Under the pieces are notes generated by a model that was not told where the DNA came from, searched no databases, and was given only the letters and a program-made list of their open reading frames with translations. This document shows positions 25,243-38,345 of a stretch of DNA of 64,000 nt, piece after piece. Source of the DNA: Daphnia carinata. Taxonomy: Eukaryota. The translations under genes were made by a program, and so were the position numbers. Every line of letters starts with the position of its first letter. Within the stretch, counting starts at the first letter, position 1. Location of the stretch: contig NC_081334.1 of assembly GCF_022539665.2 (NCBI RefSeq), forward strand, positions 372,001-436,000, read 5' to 3'.

Positions 25243-28200
25243 GGGAAGTTCCTTATTTTGGAAGGCACCGAAGAACCATGGGTTACAACGGTGCCCATAT
25301 CGTGGTTTGACGGCGAAGTTTGTTGGTGGCCTCCAAAATGCAAGGACTTAACCAAGTTTATTGAGTTAGGATACGAGCCAGATAGGGAGAAATGGGAAAA
25401 GCACCCTGCCCGTGTTAGAAAAGGCTTTGGTATGGGTTATCTGTTCTGATTACATAGCGATCCTTTTTTCAATTAGTATTGATTTTGTCAACATAATCTG
25501 TCCTTTAGATACGTATCAAGAAGCACGGCGTAACGAGAAAAAGGCCTTAGAAATGGAAGAGATTTTGACTACGGATTCGGAGAAGGAAAAACGCAGTAGA
25601 AGCGCCAGGAAGCTAAACACATTTTTGATAACAGCAGTTTAGCCCGAACAAAACCCGCATTGAAAAAAACTTCCGTTCAAATGTTGAGTGATGAGTCGGA
25701 AGACGAGTCCCCACCGCCTCCTCCTCCTCCATCTTCATTGTCTCTTTCGTCTTCTATAGGTAATTACAAAATCAAATTCACATAACAGAGAAAACAAATA
25801 ATCTTTTTAATCCATATTCCTACCAATTCCTCTTCAGTCTTAGACTTACTTTTTTTTTTTAATAAGGCACACCAGTTCGTCGATCTGCATCGTCATTACG
25901 CGAGTTTCCACCTTTAATAATTGATGGTAATGACAAGAATTTCTATAGCAGCCACGAAAAAGAGTTGAGAAAGAAAAAAGGTAATATTAACTATTCGAAC
26001 TTTAACATTCTGTTTTTATTTTGGGATTTCAATTTTTGTTTTGTTGTTTATTATGTAGGATACAGGGGAAATGATAATTCATCAGACAATTTGACAAACA
26101 GCCCCTTGTTGGTGTCGACTGAAAACGGAGCAAACAACAGACGCCACAGAATTTCTAAACATCACGGTGGTATGCGTTTTTCTTTTTTTTTATTTTCGTC
26201 TTTTACTTAAAAGCCATTTTTTTGTAATGTAGAATCCCCCGATAAATTTGTACATCGAGGGATAGTGTCTCTTTCCCATGAATTACGAGACCAAAGCTCT
26301 CTAGGAATCGCCGTGCTTGACCGACTCAATAACATCGAGTCGGCTATCAAAAAAAAGGATGTGGAAAACGATCAAAACGAAGAATTTTTGGAATCTCTTC
26401 CTCTCACCACAATGGAGGATTTTAAGAATTTTAACGAAGAACTGAAAAAACCTTGGATTAAAAAATGCTTGGTAAATTTTTTTCTAATACTTATTAATAC
26501 GTTCGTTTAATTATTGCAATTTTATGTTTTAGACCAATCATCTTATCGGGATTGGTGGTCACGAACCAAAAACCATCATTCGGCTCATTACACGGCGCGT
26601 GTTCACTAAGGATGTAGGGAGGCATTTCAGCTGGTTTGGACAGAGAGGAAATGAGTGCCTCTCCGAGACGAACATCGGAAAATCCATCATAAGTAGGAGA
26701 AATAAAAGTAATTAATTTTTATAGTTTTACGGATGTGGCCGGCGTTGTACCCAGAAGCGTGACAGCGAGCACGAATAGACGGAAATATAGATGAATAATT
26801 CCAAAAGTCACAAAAGACGAAGTGTATTAGTCAGGGGAAACACTTAACACAATTTCACACAAGTTCGCGAAGGGAAGCCAGCGATAACGCAAAGCTCCTT
26901 CTTTCAACCACACAGTAGACGGCGAGATCACAGACTGCCATGCGTAACTGCGAGTAGACGACTCGTCGCCTACGTTCCGGTTGGCTATCTATTGAGGGGA
27001 AATGAATCAGGACACGAGATGGGGGTACATGACAGGATACTGTAATGGGGTATGAAACTTGTAACACTCGGCCCTTCCTGACTCGAAGTTACACACGAAC
27101 AATACAAATGAAACAGAGGGTTTTCTGGAACTTCGAAATGAACCGGGAATGGGAAAACAAAACAAACAAAAAAAAACATTACCGACTACTGGAGCAGAAA
27201 AAAAAGTACGAGAGAAAAGAAAGAAAAAAAAATTCCTCCCTGAGGCTCACGGCTCTTCACACCCACCCAAATGACGGCGATTTATCAAAGCAAAAAAAAA
27301 ACAATTAACAAATAACACCCGCAGCAAAAAGAAGAATGAGAAAAAGAAAGAGATAACAAACGACGATTTATCAAAACAAAAAGAAAACAAAATATCAAAT
27401 GACATCACCACCCAAAGAGAGAAAAAAAACGACAGAAAAAAAAATGGAAAAAACACCATAACAAAACCAATAACTCCCCCCCCCCCCCAAAAAAAAAAAA
27501 CACGATAGAGAAAGAAGAACGTGTACGTGTTATGTGTGGTAATCTTTCATCTACGCAGGCCTTTTTGTCCGTCTCCCAGCTCTAGTAGTTGTTGTTGGCC
27601 TGTCTTCCTGTGGATGCTCTTCCGACTCGGACGAAGATGCGTCACTCGACGAAGATGAAGACTCGTCGACTTCCACATCTTCCGATGCGTCCTACTCCAC
27701 ATCCGACCGACCATGGAAGCGACGAATTTGGCAGACGTGGACATTAAAACGCCTGTATGATGACTTCTTCCGTTGCGCGGGCAAGTCTTCGACTAGGTAG
27801 GTTGTTTGCGACAGCTTCCGTACTACCTGGAATGGCCCTACAAATTTAGGAAGAAATTTCTTGGTGGAATTTTTCTTTCTTGGCTTCCGTCGAACTAGAA
27901 TAAGGTCATCATGGAGAAACTCGGGTTCCGGCTTCCGCACTCGATCCGTTCTTTCCTTACTTTTTCTTTGTTTTTCCACAATGCGCAAACGAGCTGACGA
28001 CCTCCATTCCGAGACGCGTGATAAAAAAGTGGCATGTGGTTCTTCTTCGTTCTTTGGCCAAGGAAAGAGATTTTCTATGGCTAGGACTGGTGGCCATTCA
28101 CTAGCTCAAACGGCGTTACCTCGGTTGTGGCTTGGCGGGCAGTATTGATAGCATACGTTGCGGCTGCTAAATGTAAGTCCCAATCCGTATGTTCGGGGTT

Positions 28201-31200
28201 GACAAAGGCGCACAATGCAAGTGTTAGCGTACGGTTAACTCGTTCAACTAGTTCGTTGGTCTCCGGATGCTCTGCAGTGGCCAAAATGTGTTTTATATTC
28301 CAGGGAGTTACCCACTCGGCAAATGTCTGGGACGTGAAGGCTGATCCCTGGTCGCTAATAAGACGTTGTGGTGTACCATGGCGAAAAATAATGTTTGTCT
28401 CGAGGAACGACATAACAAATTTCATCGACGTGTCAGGAACAGCAGCAACCTCGACCCACTTCGACAAATAGTCTATCGAGACAATTATGTGACGATGGTC
28501 AGAAGCAGTGACCTTAAACGGGCCCAAGTGATCAATTCCGATAAGCTGGAACGGAGAAGACGGTGGTTCGATGGGCTGGAGCCGGCGAACCACCTGACCA
28601 ATTTCGTGTTTGTGTGTTTGGCAAAAAGAACAAGATTGAACAAAAAATTTTACGCTCCTACCCAGCCGTGGCCACCAAAATCGACTTTTAATTTTAAAAA
28701 GAGTTCTCTCCACACCCTGATGTCCAGATGAAGGAAAATCATGACATGCTTCCAAGATTTTTCTACGAAGGATAGAGGGAATAACGAGTAGCAACTTCCT
28801 GCCAGAATGTTTGTTCTTTCTATATAGAATTTTACTACGGATGACAAAATTTTGGGAGATTTTACAAGGGGAAAGGGTGTCTAATGCTACGAATATTTTC
28901 CGTAGCTGGCCGTCTTGTTGTTGCAAGAGGGCAAGCTCATTTGAGGCATAACCCACTTCGGGTTCTTTTACAGCGACTACTAGACAATCATCTGTCCGGG
29001 AATCCATGCAACCGGCAGGGTTCCTGGACAGTGTGTCCGCAACAATATTATCTATACCTTTCACGTGCTCTATCGTGAAGGTAAACTCCTGCAAATCAAG
29101 CACCCCCCTCGCAAACTTTCCCTTTAAGTCCCTTTTCCCCATCATCCACTTGACGGCTGAACTATCCGTCTTAACAAAAATATGTCTCCCATAAACGTAG
29201 GTACGCAATTTCTTGAGTGCCCACACCACTGCTAAACATTCCAGTTCATTGGCGTGATATCTTGTTTCGATGTCCGACAGCCTTCTGCTGATGAAAGTCA
29301 CAGGTCGATGTCCTTCACCAGCATCTTGCGTCAACACTGCTCCAAGACCAGTTTGACTTGCGTCAGTCTGAATAGTAACTTCCAGAGCGTCATCGAAATG
29401 AGCCAGAACAGGAGCAGTCGTAAGACGCGCTACAATACTGCTCTTTGCGCCTTCGTGACGTTCCGTCCATCGCCAAACAGCATTCTTTTTGAGGAGAGCG
29501 TGCAAAGGGTGAGCCAATGACGCAAAATCAGGGACAAAACGCCGATAGTACGGCGCAAGTCCAAGAAAACCTCGTAGTGATTTTAAATTTGTATCAGGCA
29601 TAGAAGTCAAAGCGCGCACTTTCTCGCCTTCCGGGTGAATGCCTTCCGCATCGATTACGTGTCCTAGATGGGACACCTTGGTGGCGCCGAAAACGCATTT
29701 GTCAATGTTCAGAGTCAAATTTGCTCGCTCTAGAGCTGTTAACACCAACTCTAGGCGTGCCAAGTGCTCGTCAAAAGAACGACCAAAAACCAAGATGTCG
29801 TATAAGTAAACTAGACACATATGCCATTTCAAACCAGCCAAGACCCTATCCATTAAACGTTGAAACGTCGCCGAAGCATTGCTCAACCCGAACGGCAGAC
29901 GTGTGAACTGACAAAGACCGTCTACAGTGACAAACGCTGTCTTCTCCCGATCTTCCAACGCTACAGGCACCTGCCAATATCCACTGGCCAAATCCAAACA
30001 AGAAAAAAATTGCGCACCTGCTAGCCTGTCCAAAACATCGTCAATGCGAGGTAACGGATAAACATCACGTTTCGTTACCGCATTTAAACGTCTAAAATCA
30101 ATACAAAAACGATAGTCACCAGATTTTGCTTTACGAACCAAAACGACGGGCGAACTCCACGGACTAAAAGATTCCTCGACCACACCGTCTTCTAACATTT
30201 CTTCAATCTTTCCCGCAATTATCTGTCGTTCGAATGCTGATACCCGGTATGGCGCAGATTTCACCGGACAAGCATCCCCCATGTCAATACGATGTTCAAC
30301 TTCAGTGGTTTGCCCAATTTCCCTTTTTGACTTCGGAAAGCATTTTCGTCGACGTTCAAGCATACCCATAAGTTTTTCACGTTGACCAGAGTCTAGTCCC
30401 TCCCCAATATTAACTTGAGTGATGAATTTGGCTTTATCACCTACTGGAAGAACGGTGGCACAAATTTCAGAATCCCCGTCTCTCAAAGTAGACAACACGG
30501 CGTTATCGTTCAGTTCAACAGTACAAAAGAAATGCCGTCGCCTCAGTCTCAACGTCGTTTCGAAGGCGATTCCTCCGCAAAAGACTCGATCAGACCGTCG
30601 CTTACGTCAAAATCTTCTTCATTACTCCCTTCTTCTTCCAAAAATATTCCCTCCCTGCTGCTTTCCTCGTTAATTATATGCACCTCTTCCGCCCATCGCA
30701 CGCTCTTTTTCTCCTTCGTCAAAACTTCCTCTACCCCCTTTCCTTCGCCGTCTTCGATTTCCCTGTTTCCCTTATTTAAATTTCCCTCAATTAACCCTAT
30801 TTCTTCCCCCCTTACACCTTTCCCCGTTACGTTACTCTCTCCCCTTACTAGATCTAACTCCCTACTTTCCTGCGCCACTACACCCTTATTTTTCTCCTCA
30901 ACTAACCCTTCCCCGACTAATTCAATTCTCCCTTCCCTTACTACAATGCTGGTTTTACTTTCCACTATCCAGTCAACACCCAAGATTAGCGCAAACGGAG
31001 CGGTCCTTAGCACGGTGACGGACGTGAGTTTAACAAAATTGTGCTTCCACTTAACGTTCAACGGTAGAGCTCCCTCTACTCGCACTAGCTTGTTGTCGAC
31101 GCCTCTCAATTTAGTTTTCGTGGAATTCCGATGAAGGTCCATAAATTTCCGCACGACGCTTAGCCGTACCACACTAATGCTAGCGCCCGAGTCGACGAGT

Positions 31201-33937
31201 GCCGTGACTTCCCCACTTTTTCTATCCAGACCTTTATAAGCGGCAGAGCTGGACGACTTTCTGACAAAAAAAAAATCCTTTTAAGGGCACCATTGTCCTC
31301 GCCGAGCTACCCCGTCGTTTTTTGTCGGACAGTCCCTAGCAATATGGCCATGTCGATTGCACGAATAGCACAACCTTTGCGCTGGGCCCCTGGGTGTAAA
31401 CCCTCCACCTCCTACTCGCGGAACGTTAGGGCTGAAATTAACCGCAAGCCGAGATAACGAAGCCGAAATTTGATTCACCAACCGATCTCCCAAGTTTTGA
31501 AAAAGTTCGGGCAAATCTGGAGTCGATGGAGCAACATTCGTCGGAGGCGCTGTTAAGACGGGTTCCGTCGTTAACATTGGGGCGGGTACGTTTGGTATTG
31601 CGGAAGTTAAACCAAGTTGGTCAAGGTCCCTGAGTCGCGCTAGGAAAGCCGTAAAGTCCACTGGTACCGGTGACGTTAGAGCTGCGACGTAGATGGGGTT
31701 TGCGAGACCACGTAACAACAACTTGATGACATCGGCTTCAGGTAGGGCAACGGGACAACGAAGGCAAACCCGACGCTTGTCCAAGGCGTACTCGAGACAC
31801 GACTCCCCCGATTTTTGCGTTCTTGCTTCCACAAGCGAGCTCCACTCTAAAAACGAGAGTGTACGGGTGAAATTGGTCACCAACGCGACCGACCAAAGCG
31901 CCCAGGTAGCATAAAGATGGCCCGTCTGTACGTGCCATTGGGAGGCGGTACCCTCAAGTCGGGTCACAGCCACTAGGAGACGGTTCTCCGCGGTCCAGCC
32001 TTCTAAACCGGCTACCCTCTCGACATGGTCGATGAAGCCCTGTACTTCCTCACCTACAGCACCCGAAAAGCGCGGTATCTAACCGAAAGCAATTGTCGAC
32101 GGGCGAGCATTTGGCGCAGCTGGTATCGCGGCAGCAAGGGCTTGGATAGCCGCGTTGTTTTGTTGTTGTTGCGCTTGGATGACGCCGACGAGTTGGGCAA
32201 CTTGATCGTGCCTCGCCGCACCATCAGCCGCTGCGACTTCCGCAAACCGATTAAGAGCCACAATTAATTCTGCATTGTCTGCCATGTTTATCGGTGTTGG
32301 CTCGGTTCCCGTGAGAACAAATTCAGATTTCTGACACCTCGTTTTCATTGTAGGCGGACGCTGCACTGGGCGGACGATACGAGCCCTTGCGGACGAACTA
32401 CGAGCAGATTTTCTCGGGGTCCGAAGATAGTATTCGGGTTCGAAACCGTAAAAGGGGTTTGTAATGTCGGTATCCAACTCCGACATGCAGAAACACCGCA
32501 CTCAAATTCCAAAAAAAAAACGAAAAGAAATGGACTGAACGCCACAAAAATGACAGTGGGAAAAAGAGAGAGAGAGAAAAAAAATTAATAAAGAAATAAA
32601 TCAGATGCACACTTTAAACTCCCAGGATGAAGAAAAAAAATAATTGCGAACAAAAAGGCACTTATCCAACGGGTCTCACTCTCACAGAGGATCGTCCAAA
32701 AAAGAATAGATGTTGAGCGCAAAAGATTGCGATCAACACTCAGCAGAACCAAAAAAAAAAAACAAAAAGAAAAGGTCAAAACAAAAGTACCCCCTGTACA
32801 CAAGAGGGACACACACACAAAAACGATACCGTCCAGAACGAGCAACAGCCCGTAAGCAGAAAAAAAAACTTCACGGCACGGCTTTGTATCAAGGTTCTTT
32901 TCTCGCCTTCAAAAAAAAGAGAACGAGCAACAAAAGAACCACTCAAAAGGCCATATCAGCAATCCCGCTGATATGGTCGCTCAAAACAGAAAAAGAGAGA
33001 GAGAGAAAAAAAAATCTCTTTCGACCAAAACGCGTGGGCCGTCCCAAAAAGAAAAAAAAAAGACGGAACGCACCACACAAAGCGGGTCGGGCAAGAGGTA
33101 TGCCGAAAAAAAAATACACTTCCAACTACACACAGTCAAAAAAAAAATAAATCATGCACTGGAATTGTTTATTTTAATAGCCCGTGGCTATAGGTAACAG
33201 GGGTTGAAATACTTACCTGTACCGTTCCTCCACTCTTCAACAAAGACGTCGCGGCGGGATGGGATCCACTCCCCTTCGGCGCCGGTAAGGACAATCCACA
33301 ATGGCGGCGACCACGTCTGCGAAAATTTCCTTCAAGCGTGGGCGGCACGCGGGTCCGTTGCAGGCAACTTTTAAAGAAAAGTTGTTCGATGGCCTGGCGG
33401 AGATGAATATCCTCGATCTTCAATCCTCCTCGATCCCTCTTCTGACACCAATTGTTACGGATGTGCCCGGTGTTGTACCCAGAAGCGTGACAGCGAGCAC
33501 GAATAGACGGAAATATAGATGAATAATTCCAAAAGTCACACAAGACGAAGTGTATTAGTCAGGGGAAACACTTAACACAATTTCACACAAGTTCGCGAAT
33601 GGTTGCCACCGATAACGCAAAGCTCCTTCTTTCAACCACACAGTAGACGGCGAGATCACAGACTGCCATGTGTAACTGCGAGCAGACGACTCGTCGCCTA
33701 CGTTCCGGTTGGCCATCTATTGAGGGGAAATGGAATCAGGACACGAGATGGGGATACATGACAGGATACTGTTATGGGGTATGAAACTTGTAACAATAGT
33801 ATGTAATATTTTCCATTTTAGTGGCCGCTAAAAGGACTCAACCAATAATTACCGAGCAAGATGCCATCAAGGTGATCCAGGCTTTGCTGCGCCATTGCAA
33901 GGATAAAGAAAAAAATAATAATGTAAGGGGGATTTAA
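25243..33937 (+). CDS. Second, accessory gene of the CMC/EnSpm element (DUF4806-like), multi-exon, last intron interrupted by a Gypsy element; probably disrupted
   Basis: Exons encode VPISWFDGEVCWWPP, TYQEARRNEKKA, LPLTTMEDFKNFNEEL and IGGHEPKTIIRLITRRVF...FSWFGQRGN (donor GT at 26693). The final exon 33822-33937 reads AAKRTQ...VIQALLRHCKDKEK. Confidence 0.75.
26725..33795 (-). mobile_element. Full-length Ty3/Gypsy LTR retrotransposon (7.07 kb) with ATAG TSD, coding region inactivated
   Basis: LTRs 26725-27066 and 33453-33795 differ at about 14 positions by eye. ATAG at 26721-26724 and 33796-33799. PBS TGGTGTCAGAAG (tRNA-Leu-like) and PPT AGTCAGGAAGGGCCGAG. Gag with CCHC (about 32290-31281), protease LVDSGA, RT-RH-IN ORF 28081-30552, GPF tail 27692-27988. 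Confidence 0.97.
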
Positions 33938-34119
33938 TGTAATAAAAATTTTTTTTTATTTGTCTTCCAAACTACAAAGTTACGTGTTGAATGTTATTGT
34001 TGTATATGTTAATACAAAGAAATTTCTCACCTTAATTCCATCGTTGTGTTACGTTATTTATTATTTATTTTTTACTTAAGCCAGGAACTTTCTACTTAAA
34101 CAAAGGAATTTTCATAATT

Positions 34120-34332
34120 CTCACTTGTTCATGCATGTCCTTTTCCCGCCCAACAGGACGTCCCTCGGATATCCATCGGCATATGCCCGGGAGGTCTTGT
34201 AATATTCAGTCGGTATCCGAGGAGACAATACAACTCGGAGGTCAGGCAGTTCAACGGATGTCCGTAAGATGTCACCGTAATCAAAATAGGATATACCACG
34301 GATGTCCGAGGGACCGAATTGTGCTATGTGGG
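34120..34332 (+). mobile_element. 3' terminus of CMC/EnSpm element 1 (subterminal GGA(T/C)GTCC repeats, terminus GTGCTATGTGGG)
   Basis: Repeated GGATGTCC/GGACGTCC motifs end at GTGCTATGTGGG (34321-34332), identical to 40711-40722. Confidence 0.7.
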
Positions 34333-35161
34333 TTAATTCGATAGCTATGGTCTCTATCTCCATGTACTCTCCGTGGGGAATTTCGCGACTTATTGATAAA
34401 TCAGACTGTTTCGTCGGCGATTTTCTTGGTGAAAAGAAGTTAGCAATGTTATCTACGAAAGATAGGTTTGTGCTATCGGTGTTTTGAACGCGTATCCGCT
34501 TGGATCGTAAAATAGCCTCTGGGTTATCTACTTGGTTCAAGGGTGCGTAATTGAGTGTAGAACGGGTAGATTTTTTTCGAAAGGGTAGGGGGTCGAAGGT
34601 CATATAACTGTCAGACTGAGTTATTTCGTTTGTGGAATTGGGATTATCAAAAATTTCCGTGAAAATGTCATCAGATTTGCTGGCTTTTTGGAAAAAGGTA
34701 CGTTTTGTCTTAGGTTTAGCACCTGTATACGACATTGTAAGTGAGGTCAAAAACCGCTGCCACCAGATGTAAAGGAGGACACGACGCTGTCATGTTGCCT
34801 CCAATACTGAAAACTAAATGCGGCGCTGCTACTCACAATGTCGTGTATAAGTAAGCGTAAGGCACTACGTGTATGATAGAATAATCGTGTATTAAAATAC
34901 CACAAGTAGTCAACCGAATGGACAAATCAGAAGACAAAGAGCCTACAAATTACTTGGGCATATGCTACGAGAATGACTAAGGCAAGCATCGAAATGACAT
35001 TAAGAGGGAAAAGTTACGCTTCAGCTGGCGAAATGAGGTAGCGGCTCGAAAGGAACACTGAAGGTCTACTCAAGATAGTTCTCTCAGGGGTCAACTAACT
35101 ATTGCGAGTTGTTGATGGCTTCTTATATGTTAGCCACCGACCGTGAGACCCATACGGGACA
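34333..35161 (-). mobile_element. 5' fragment of an LTR retrotransposon: LTR (34768 to about 35161), PBS and N-terminus of a gag-like ORF truncated by the EnSpm end
   Basis: On the minus strand the LTR ends ...TTTACA, followed by TC-TGGTGGCAGCGGT (tRNA-Leu-like PBS). An ORF starts about 20 nt later. The left boundary of the LTR is uncertain. Confidence 0.7.
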
Positions 35162-36406
35162 GTGTTAAAGGATAGGAGGCAATATCGGGCGGTATCGGGC
35201 GATTTTGGGCGCAATGGAGAGGTATAGGCGGCAAATTCGGGCGGTATCGGACGAATGTAGACGATAGCTAAAAATCGGTCGGGCGGTTTTAGGCCATTTC
35301 GGGCAATCTCAGACCAACCGAAATAAATCTATTTTTAGCCAGCGTGCCCAGACATGTCTTCATTATTTTTATATTCTTAAGGGAGTTTTAAAACTAGGTT
35401 AGTAAATGAAGGCTCTGAGTAACAAGGGGCTACAGGTAAAAGATTCTAGTCTATTTGAGAAAGAAGGTAAGAAGAGGCTTCGCTAGACGATTCGTTACAG
35501 TGGTAAGGAATAAATTTTCACTTACCAGGTTGCAGGTGTTGAATTTTCTTTTGACTATTAAACGAAGACTTGGTGGCTTTGGAATAGGCAGAGAACCTGC
35601 AGTGGGTTTGGACAACGTGCCTTTAGGAGAAGATTTCTTTGATGGTTTGGCCTTTACTGCTGTTTTTCTAGAACGTTGAGTGCAAATCTCTTCCTCACTG
35701 TCAATTTCTGTTGTTTCTCCAGGCATATTAAGCCTCTTCCTCTTCTTTTCTTGCTGTCCTCTTCCTGTATTGTGACATTTCAAGATAGGAAGACCAGCTT
35801 CCACCCGAGGGAGATTACGTCTTGCTTCCTCATATGAGCCTATGCAGAAATTTAACAAAAATAGCCACCACAATAAAACAGTCAGAGTAAAAAGCATAAA
35901 GTCAGAGCAAAAAAGGTTTACCTAATTTTTCCACGATTTTGAAACAGGGGTTACTGTCCCATTTTTCAACATCAGGAGGCATTCCACACTTCAAGAGATT
36001 TGCTTTGTACGCAACAGAATACGTATCGTCGGGTAAATAAAGGATGTCGTTCTGGATCCAATTTTCAGCTACAACAAGTAGCCAGTTACAAAATACTTTA
36101 TTGTTATCTTTCAAAATTGTGTTGAAACATATATAAAATTATTTAAGTAAAAAAACATTTTTAAGATAGAATTTTTTTTTGTTGGAAATTCGCAATGAAT
36201 ATGTTAAAAATACGTCAACTAAAAACATAGTTTGACATCCTTGTTAAAGTAATCAATCGATTTAGTTAGTTTTCCAGATGTAGTACGTTATTGTTAAACA
36301 TCGCTAGCAGACAATAAGTGGATGGGTTTCAGTTGGTTTTGTTCATTTGATTTGTGAAAAGAATTGATATTACCAGCCTCCTTTGGATTGCTCTAGAAGA
36401 GAGTAT

Positions 36407-36646
36407 TGTAACAACTCTGGGTTAAGGTTCGCTTATTGGACTCACTTCACAAGATACAGCACTAAACACAGGTGATAACTCAATCGACTATCCGACTGAG
36501 TTCAACTGTTCAACTAACTACTCTGGCTTATCAGAGTCGGGCTTTTAAGGCTCCCGACATCCGGCCAGAGCGGCAATGCTAGCCAACGCCTGACTTGCGG
36601 ATCGCCTATCATCATGCGATAGGCTACAAATTCCATTGGCGCTACA
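36407..36646. mobile_element. Solo LTR, 240 bp, with GTAT TSD
   Basis: Termini TGTAAC...GCTACA. GTAT at 36403-36406 and 36647-36650. Confidence 0.85.
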
Positions 36647-36947
36647 GTATATTGTAACAGTATGTTGTATTGACGGTTCACAAGACTAGGACTGAGCCCC
36701 GATACACCACCACGGGGGGACTATATAAGGGGGAAAACACTGACGTCACACGTCCGGTAGCATTGCATACTAACCGGATCACATAACGTGGTCATTGACC
36801 ACGTGACATCCCCCCCTCTAGCTGCATTCGTCCCCGAATGCATTACTAAAAAACAAACAACACAAAAAAAAGATATAAACCGAAAGAAAACCGGGGACAC
36901 TGCTACATGGTACAGGCCACATGACACCCCATAGCTCGAATGGATAT

Positions 36948-38132
36948 TTATGATGTTCCGCTGCTCGTTTTTCCCTCCGAAGTCCATTTCAGTATCGATC
37001 GGTTATCCGACCGATACTGTTGACTCTCCGATCTTTCTCCTTGCTGTGCGGCTGCCCCTGATGCGTTCCTTGATGCCACGGCTCCCATTAGTCCCTCTAG
37101 CAATTTTTCTATTCGGTCCATTCTCTCACTTCCCGTCGTTGGTGTTTGTTTTCCGACCACGCCCATCGCCCATTCCTCGTGTCTCGCTCGGGACGTCATC
37201 TCCTGATACCGCTTAATTTCTTGGAGGAATTCGTCACATGAGTTGGGTTTCAAACTCCAGAGTTTCTCTAGTAAACTTGGCTTGAGTCCTCTCCATAGGT
37301 GCGCCAATTTCGTAGCTTCGGTCATATTCGGGTCTACTCTGCGGCATAAATCCAGGATGTCGTAAAAATACTCGATCGTGGATTCCTCGATTCCTTGTTT
37401 GCGTTCTCTCAGATTCGCTTCATTGAATCGGTTCTGATTAACTGGCTTGAATTGCTCCAACAGCTGTGTTTTAACTCCTGGTACAACTGGTGGTCCTGCA
37501 ACATCCTCCCATTCGGCTGCTAGTTGTCCCGCGGCCTCTTTGTATGAGTACCACTTCTGCGCTGCCCCGGACAGCGACAGCTCCACGTGGTCGCGAAGTT
37601 CTTCATTTCCCCATCGATTATACCTTCCGATTCTCTCGTATCGATGCATCCACTGCACGACGTCTTCCCCGTCCTTCCCCCCGAAGGTGGGTGGGGATTG
37701 GAATTTCATCTGTGCGGCCATCGCGTGCCTTGCGCCCCTTTGCTGTTGAGCTGCTCTGAATCCCCGGATGAAGCTGCTGATATTCGATGATCTTCTTCTG
37801 AAATCCGCCAAATCCCACTCTGGCTGCTCTTCTCCGTGTTCACCCGATCCTTCTTCCTCTTCGGCGTCCTCCCACCGCTCAGTTTCCTCCTCACTGAATG
37901 TGAGATGATACTCCTGCCGAACGGATGCCGGTTGCTGCTCCTGTTCGTTAGCCCCGACCTCTATTTCTCCTCGCTCTTCCGTTCCGCTTTCCCTCAGCGG
38001 TCGACTGCGCGTCCTCGTCCGCCCCTGAGATGTACTCCCGATCTCGGGTATCCCCCAACTACCCCGTGACACGAACCGTCCCCGAGCGTCTCGGATTCTC
38101 TCCCCGCTCCTTCCGTCCTCTTCTCCTATCAT
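36948..38132 (-). CDS. gag: Ty3/Gypsy Gag (capsid), 394 aa, no zinc knuckle
   Basis: Uninterrupted ORF with PPTFGG..EDVVQW, LSGAAQKWY, RKQGIEESTIEY and LWRGLKP capsid motifs. Confidence 0.88.
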   Translation of the reverse strand: MIGEEDGRSGERIRDARGRFVSRGSWGIPEIGSTSQGRTRTRSRPLRESGTEERGEIEVGANEQEQQPASVRQEYHLTFSEEETERWEDAEEEEGSGEHGEEQPEWDLADFRRRSSNISSFIRGFRAAQQQRGARHAMAAQMKFQSPPTFGGKDGEDVVQWMHRYERIGRYNRWGNEELRDHVELSLSGAAQKWYSYKEAAGQLAAEWEDVAGPPVVPGVKTQLLEQFKPVNQNRFNEANLRERKQGIEESTIEYFYDILDLCRRVDPNMTEATKLAHLWRGLKPSLLEKLWSLKPNSCDEFLQEIKRYQEMTSRARHEEWAMGVVGKQTPTTGSERMDRIEKLLEGLMGAVASRNASGAAAQQGERSESQQYRSDNRSILKWTSEGKTSSGTS

Positions 38133-38159
38133 CTACCTCCCGCAATCCTCGAACCGCTT

Positions 38160-38345
38160 GTTTCTTGCCGAACTCTTCGGCTCCCGGTTCACTCCTCCGC
38201 TTCTTGCCCAACACTTCGGCTCACGGTTACTTCTCCGCTTCTTGCCGAACACTTCGGCTCACGGTTCCCTGCCCCGATTCTTGCCAAACACTTCAGCTCA
38301 CGGTTACTTCTCCGCTTCTTGCCGAACTCTTCGGCTCACGGTTCA
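38160..38345. repeat. Tandem repeat of about 37-40-bp units (TTCTTGCCGAAC(A/T)CTTCGGCTCACGGTT), 5 copies, in the element leader
   Basis: The units are directly visible between the PBS and gag. Confidence 0.85.

Noticed and set aside
32398..33197. Lys- or Phe-rich ORFs here and at 22046-22721 and 26985-27459
   Set aside because: They are artefacts of A/T homopolymer-rich UTRs and repeats.
18480..34333. Idea that the Gypsy at 12605-18480 and the LTR-gag piece at 34333-35161 are one element split by the EnSpm insertion
   Set aside because: No left TIR (CCCACATAGCAC) or TSD was found near 18500, and no reading-frame continuity could be shown.
34121..34750. 209-aa ORF as a single gene
   Set aside because: It is a chimera: a gag-like N-terminus reading into the EnSpm subterminal repeats at 34332.
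38160..38345. Regularly spaced repeats resembling a CRISPR array
   Set aside because: The spacers are short and themselves repeated, the array lies in a retrotransposon leader, the context is eukaryotic, and there are no cas genes.
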